DNA of 64,000 bases from a virus (taxonomy: Duplodnaviria; Caudoviricetes): the IMG/VR virus record IMGVR_UViG_3300032213_001568, positions 1-64,000 of that record; one strand, given 5' to 3'. The notes below the pieces were generated by a model, which searched no databases, had not been told where the DNA came from, and saw only the letters and a program-made list of their open reading frames with translations. This document shows, piece after piece, positions 59,820 to 64,000 of this stretch. The stretch's first letter is position 1. Each line of letters starts with the position of its first letter. The position numbers and the translations under genes are program-made.

Positions 59820-60735
59820 AAGCGTTCTTTGAAACAAAAAGATTATCCGTTCAGGAAACACAAAGTGTCGGTGATATTATCCACCGAGTAAATGGCAGAA
59901 AGTCCGCAGCTTGAGTGTAACTGATAAACGATAATGGGCCGTGTATGGTCCTTAAATAAACTACGAAAGTAGGATAAAGTGGTCTCCCTCGTGTTGAGGA
60001 GACTGCGGTTTGAAACCCCGTAAGGGTGATTGAACTCGAGTACACAAGTGGGATATCACCACACCGTAAGTACCGAGGATAACTTCGTAGGGAAAATGGT
60101 AGGGTGACCTGGCAAAGTAGATTGTCAGGTTGAGTTCGGAAGAACGATAAGAATAACCCATAGGAACTCTGTAAGAAATGTGACCATCCAGTTACACTAT
60201 TGCGGGTCCCAATATGATAGAGGACTTAAAACCGAAAGGTAAGATGGAGAACGAGTGGTGTCGCTACTATCCCTAAGGAAGACCTACCAAGGTCTCTTTA
60301 TGAAGTAATCTTGAAATATGGAGGTGGGGACACTTCACGGAGTAGTTTAGTATTTCGTTTCTCAAAAGGAGACGGAGCTTACGTTGGACCACTACTCTGA
60401 CACATCTACAACACAAACCTAAAATTATTACAAAATAACAAAGGAAAAGTGTCCATCAGGTTTGAGTGAAAGGTGACTACATAGTAATGAGCTGTTCATT
60501 GCATACAGAGACCCCAAGTCAATGTGTATTGTTAAGAAAAACCTTTAGTCCCGCAAGGACGAACTGGGGTGGCAACCTCGGAAAGAGTTAAGTACTGATA
60601 GAGTAATTCAAACCTCAAGGAGTGGTACACCTAAAATACCGTCACTAAGAAATACTACCCAAAAGGTGGTGGATACGAAGGGAAACAATAATCCTTCAAA
60701 AGTTTCTTAACATAAGCTGTAATCTCAGGCTTTTC
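59820..60735 (+). ncRNA. Giant structured non-coding RNA (GOLLD/ROOL-class candidate or new class); ends approximate
   Basis: ~0.9 kb with no credible ORF, visibly higher GC, many GNRA-capped hairpins, long-range complementarity, own promoters and terminator. Confidence 0.8.
59824..59834 (+). promoter_or_regulatory. boxA-like antitermination element
   Basis: GTTCTTTGAAA after leader hairpins, as in rRNA leaders. Confidence 0.5.
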
Positions 60736-60742
60736 TAATCTG

Positions 60743-60766
60743 ACCTGTCAATTGACGGGTTTTTTT
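60743..60766 (+). terminator. Intrinsic terminator of the ncRNA unit
   Basis: ACCTGTCA..TGACGGGT followed by T-run. Confidence 0.8.
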
Positions 60767-60787
60767 ATTTATAGATACTTATAAACT

Positions 60788-61012
60788 ATGACAATATTAG
60801 AAAATCTTAAAGAAGTATTACCATCATGGGCGGTGGTAACACAAAAGGAACTACCATATAAGATGGAGTATGAGATTAGACTTCAACCTACTTTGGATGA
60901 GGATGAACATTTTGCTTTAACACCAAAACTTAAGGAGGCTTGTCAGGGTAAGTTTATGGAAAGATACACTGTGGATATTGGTGAACACTTTTATATTTAT
61001 ACTAAAAAGTAA
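60788..61012 (+). CDS. Hypothetical protein
   Basis: 74-aa ORF. Confidence 0.65.
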   Translation: MTILENLKEVLPSWAVVTQKELPYKMEYEIRLQPTLDEDEHFALTPKLKEACQGKFMERYTVDIGEHFYIYTKK

Positions 61013-61014
61013 TC

Positions 61015-61200
61015 ATGACACAAGAAGAACTTAAAGAATTAGTTGACAGATACCCTAACAGTTATGAATTAGGTGAGGAAGTTAAAAAAATTTATTATAA
61101 AAATAAAGAAGAAGAAAACTCTAATATTGGTATGTTATGGGTGGGTTTTTTATTTTTAGCGATATTATTATCACTCATAACTTGGATTGTAGTCGTTTAA
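61015..61200 (+). CDS. Small protein with C-terminal TM helix
   Basis: YPNSYELGEEV; hydrophobic C-terminus. Confidence 0.6.
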   Translation: MTQEELKELVDRYPNSYELGEEVKKIYYKNKEEENSNIGMLWVGFLFLAILLSLITWIVVV

Positions 61201-61241
61201 TTTCCAGACTTTAAACATATTTATAATTAAAATTATTAATT

Positions 61242-62087
61242 ATGTTACTAAAAGTTGGGTCTAAAGGGGAAGACGTTAAACAACTCCAAGCAAAATTAGG
61301 ATTAACCGCAGATGGTTCATTTGGTCCTAACACAGAAAAAAAAGTTAAAGAATGGCAAGCGGCTAACGGACTAACTGCTGATGGTATCGTTGGTGATGGT
61401 ACTTGGTCTAAAATGTTCGGAGCAACAACTCAACCTGTTCAACCAGCACAAGTGGTTAAAGAAGATGTTGTTATCCCTACAAGTTCAGAATTTAAATTAC
61501 AAAATCTAAAAGGACATGTTCCTGACGCAGTAATTGTTCAAATCCCTGACACTGCTAAAAAATTCAATATTACTAACCCATTAAGATTGGCTCATTTCTT
61601 AGCTCAGTGTGGACACGAGTCAGGTGGGTTTAAAGCTGTTTCTGAGAACCTTAACTATTCTGCTGACGGACTTAAGAAAATCTTTGGTAAGTATTTCCCT
61701 GGTAACTTAAACGAGTCATACGCTCGTCAACCTGAAAAGATTGCTTCACGTGTTTATGGTGGAAGAATGGGTAATGGTGATGAGTCAACAGGTGAAGGTT
61801 TTAAGTTTCGTGGAAGAGGTTACATTCAACTGACTGGAAAACAAAACTATACAAACTTTGCTAAGTTCATTGGTGAAGATACTGTGTCTAATCCTGATTT
61901 AGTTGCTACCAAATATCCTTTAGCTTCTGCGGCGTTCTTCTTTGATTCAAATAAACTTTGGTCAATCTGTGATAAGGGTGCTGACGAAGCAACTGTCACG
62001 GCAGTTACCAAAAGAGTTAATGGTGGTACAATAGGTCTACCAGATAGAATAAAACACTTCAACGAGTATTATAACTTACTTAAATAA
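61242..62087 (+). CDS. Endolysin: peptidoglycan-binding domain plus GH19 lysozyme domain
   Basis: LKVGSKGEDVKQLQ, ADGIVG; HFLAQCGHES, ENLNYS, FRGRGYIQLTG, RVNGG. Confidence 0.92.
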   Translation: MLLKVGSKGEDVKQLQAKLGLTADGSFGPNTEKKVKEWQAANGLTADGIVGDGTWSKMFGATTQPVQPAQVVKEDVVIPTSSEFKLQNLKGHVPDAVIVQIPDTAKKFNITNPLRLAHFLAQCGHESGGFKAVSENLNYSADGLKKIFGKYFPGNLNESYARQPEKIASRVYGGRMGNGDESTGEGFKFRGRGYIQLTGKQNYTNFAKFIGEDTVSNPDLVATKYPLASAAFFFDSNKLWSICDKGADEATVTAVTKRVNGGTIGLPDRIKHFNEYYNLLK

Positions 62088-62090
62088 TCT

Positions 62091-62114
62091 AAACCCCCTC
62101 TAAACAGGGGGTTT
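62091..62114 (+). terminator. Intrinsic terminator
   Basis: AAACCCCCT-loop-AGGGGGTTT. Confidence 0.7.
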
Positions 62115-62179
62115 CTAATTAATATGTTGATTTAGTCAACCAAATCTTCTATTATTACCTAAACATAAAAAAACAAACT

Positions 62180-63202
62180 ATGAAAAAAATTAAATTATTT
62201 CTCTTAACCCTTTTCGCATTCATTGGATTGAGTGCTTCGTCACAAGTATTAACATCGTTTAATCTTGATGTAATCAACCCTGAAGGTTGTCCATACACTT
62301 TAATTGGAAACTACTATGGTGGTGGTATCCAAGGAACGATAACTTTCTCATCACAACCTTTAGCAGGATATTATGTTTGTACAGTACCGGCGATTGACAG
62401 TTTGAATATTAGTATTTGTGTGGTTTCAGCGCCACCTTGTTTTGGTGAATCTTGTATAAATGAAGTTATATATCTTGGACCTGGACAAGGAGTTCAAACA
62501 TTTACTGTTGTACTACAACCTCAAGATATTGATGGGGATGGTTTCTTTGATAGTGTTGACTGTAACCCATTTGACCCAACTGTTTATCCTGGAGCACCTG
62601 AGTTGTGTGATGGTATTGATAATAATTGTGATGGGATATTTGATTTAACACCATCAATTAGTATGTATTTTGTTCCTGACTCAATTGTTACTGAACCAAA
62701 CTCAATATTCATTGTATGTCAAACAACAAATGTTACTTCTTGGAATTGGAATTTTGGAAATGGTGTGACATCAAATACATCTTACCCAACTACAAATTAC
62801 GATATTGATGGAACATACTCAGTATGTTTATATGGAACTTCATACGATGGATGTGTAGTTGATTCTTGTCTAACATTTACAATTGATTCACTTGGATGGA
62901 CACCAGGAGGTGTTATGACTAACTACACTTTAAATATTGTACCTGAGTATACTGTTGGTGTGACTGAATTAACTAACAACGTTAAAGTTTGGCCAAATCC
63001 TGTGTTAGGTATTGTTAATATTAACACACCATCAAATAGTGGAACATTAAGAATTATGTCTATTGACGGAAGATGTGTTTACCAACAAAAATATTTCACT
63101 AGCAACATTCAGTTTGATTCTGAAACATTAAGTGATGGAACTTATGTTATTACTCTTACTGACGATAGTGGTAAGTTTTACACAACAAGAATTATTAAAT
63201 AA
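62180..63202 (+). CDS. Secreted protein with Cys/Asp metal-binding motif, PKD domain and T9SS C-terminal sorting domain
   Basis: Signal peptide ..SASS|Q; DIDGDGF...[18 protein letters not shown]; WNWNFGNG; VWPNP...IDGR...LSDGTYVI...TTRIIK. Confidence 0.85.
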   Translation: MKKIKLFLLTLFAFIGLSASSQVLTSFNLDVINPEGCPYTLIGNYYGGGIQGTITFSSQPLAGYYVCTVPAIDSLNISICVVSAPPCFGESCINEVIYLGPGQGVQTFTVVLQPQDIDGDGFFDSVDCNPFDPTVYPGAPELCDGIDNNCDGIFDLTPSISMYFVPDSIVTEPNSIFIVCQTTNVTSWNWNFGNGVTSNTSYPTTNYDIDGTYSVCLYGTSYDGCVVDSCLTFTIDSLGWTPGGVMTNYTLNIVPEYTVGVTELTNNVKVWPNPVLGIVNINTPSNSGTLRIMSIDGRCVYQQKYFTSNIQFDSETLSDGTYVITLTDDSGKFYTTRIIK

Positions 63203-63205
63203 TAA

Positions 63206-63229
63206 AATCCCCCTGAAATATGGGGGATT
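63206..63229 (+). terminator. Probable terminator hairpin
   Basis: AATCCCCC-loop-GGGGGATT. Confidence 0.6.
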
Positions 63230-63247
63230 ATAATTTTTATATTGGAT

Positions 63248-63511
63248 ATGAAAATTAAAATGGGGGTGGTTGAAAAACACCAATACGAAGGTGTTAGGGA
63301 ATTTGAAGAAATTGACTTGGACAAGTTTCCGATAATTAAACAATTTATGGATGTTAATCCAGATTGCACCGAGCATGAATTACTTTCTTATATTAAGAAA
63401 ATTAAAGATGAGGAGTTCAAAAAATTCATAACAGAATTAAGTTGGAACTCTATCATTAAAGAAAACTTCAGTAAGAACAAGACTGAATTTAAAATAGAAA
63501 TAGAGAAATGA
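63248..63511 (+). CDS. Hypothetical protein
   Basis: 87-aa ORF overlapping the rfbB start (ATGA). Confidence 0.6.
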   Translation: MKIKMGVVEKHQYEGVREFEEIDLDKFPIIKQFMDVNPDCTEHELLSYIKKIKDEEFKKFITELSWNSIIKENFSKNKTEFKIEIEK

Positions 63512-64000
63512 ATATATTAATAACTGGTGGATTAGGTTTTATTGGTTCTAATTTTTATAATACCTTTAAAAATAAATATCCTGACTATAATTTAGTTATC
63601 CTTGATAGTGAAACATATGCTGCTGATGAAGATAATATTGAAGATTATGGAAAGGCAAGAATAATCAAGTTCAGTATTACTGAACGAGAAAGATTATTTG
63701 AGTTATTTGAAAATTACAAGTTTGATTCGGTGATACACTTTGCAGCTGAATCACATGTTGATAACTCAATATTAAATCCGATGGAGTTTGTTCAAACAAA
63801 TATTATTGGAACGTTGAATTTGTTGGATGCTTCTGTTAAGTATGGTATTAACTTGTTCTATCATATATCAACCGATGAAGTTTTCGGACATTTAGGTGCT
63901 GTGGGTTCTTTTGATGAGAAAACCGCTTACGACCCAAGAAGTCCTTACTCGGCATCAAAAGCATCATCCGACCATTTTGTTAGAGCGTATTACCACACTT
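63508..64000 (+). CDS. rfbB: dTDP-glucose 4,6-dehydratase, 3'-partial
   Basis: MNILITGGLGFIGSNF, HFAAESHVD, HISTDEVFG, PRSPYSASKA; not in ORF track because it runs off the window. Confidence 0.92.
   Translation, partial: MNILITGGLGFIGSNFYNTFKNKYPDYNLVILDSETYAADEDNIEDYGKARIIKFSITERERLFELFENYKFDSVIHFAAESHVDNSILNPMEFVQTNIIGTLNLLDASVKYGINLFYHISTDEVFGHLGAVGSFDEKTAYDPRSPYSASKASSDHFVRAYYHT

Noticed and set aside
59893-59911. RNase P RNA (GAAAGTCCG resembles its 5' conserved motif), tmRNA or group I/II intron
   Set aside because: No matching 3' P4 strand, tRNA-like ends, domain V hairpin or interrupted host gene recognised; length far exceeds RNase P RNA
59851-60161. Two short minus-strand ORFs in the large intergenic region
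   Set aside because: Atypical composition, no recognisable motifs; plus-strand promoter, terminator and GNRA orientation favour an RNA
1-64000. Stop-codon reassignment as in some jumbo phages
   Set aside because: Coding density is high in the standard code, and TAG/TGA end genes at sensible places (e.g. 50626, 57330, 38170)
1-64000. Bacterial chromosome or eukaryotic giant virus origin; tRNA genes
   Set aside because: Endolysin, tail-type proteins, DUF3310/DUF932, bacterial sigma and lack of housekeeping operons indicate a phage; no tRNA cloverleaf was spotted by eye, though tRNAscan was not run

Overview
AT-rich, gene-dense fragment of a large (probably jumbo) tailed phage, read in the standard bacterial genetic code. 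A Bacteroidota host is inferred from recurrent TTG-N20-TAnnTTTG promoters, a lack of obvious Shine-Dalgarno motifs, a Bacteroidota-type primary sigma factor, signal peptides with +1 Gln and a T9SS C-terminal sorting domain. Layout: (1) 1-14.1 kb tail-fibre/adhesin region, including a >890-aa (Gly-Ser-Ser/Thr)n protein missed by the ORF track, three glycine-rich paralogs and Pro-Thr mucin-like proteins; (2) 14.2-23.4 kb primase, PD-(D/E)XK nuclease, SbcD/SbcC, a methylase-nuclease pair and the sigma factor; (3) 23.4-32.6 kb envelope/lysis-like genes, putative head-internal proteins, an Hc1-like protein and DnaJ; (4) 32.6-43.6 kb ten-gene glycosylation/methylation cluster ending in a GT4 plus Aah/TibC-type protein O-heptosyltransferase fusion; (5) 43.6-64 kb DNA methylases, redoxins, CGC micropeptides, ferritin-like protein, DHH phosphoesterase, NUDIX, GH19 endolysin, T9SS cargo protein and partial rfbB. 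Strongest leads: a ~0.9-1 kb highly structured non-coding RNA (59.8-60.7 kb) in an rRNA-operon-like unit (tandem promoters, boxA-like element, terminator); a second ~120-nt stand-alone structured RNA at 44.3-44.45 kb; and a putative virion O-glycosylation system. All protein calls come from motif recognition by eye, not database searches.
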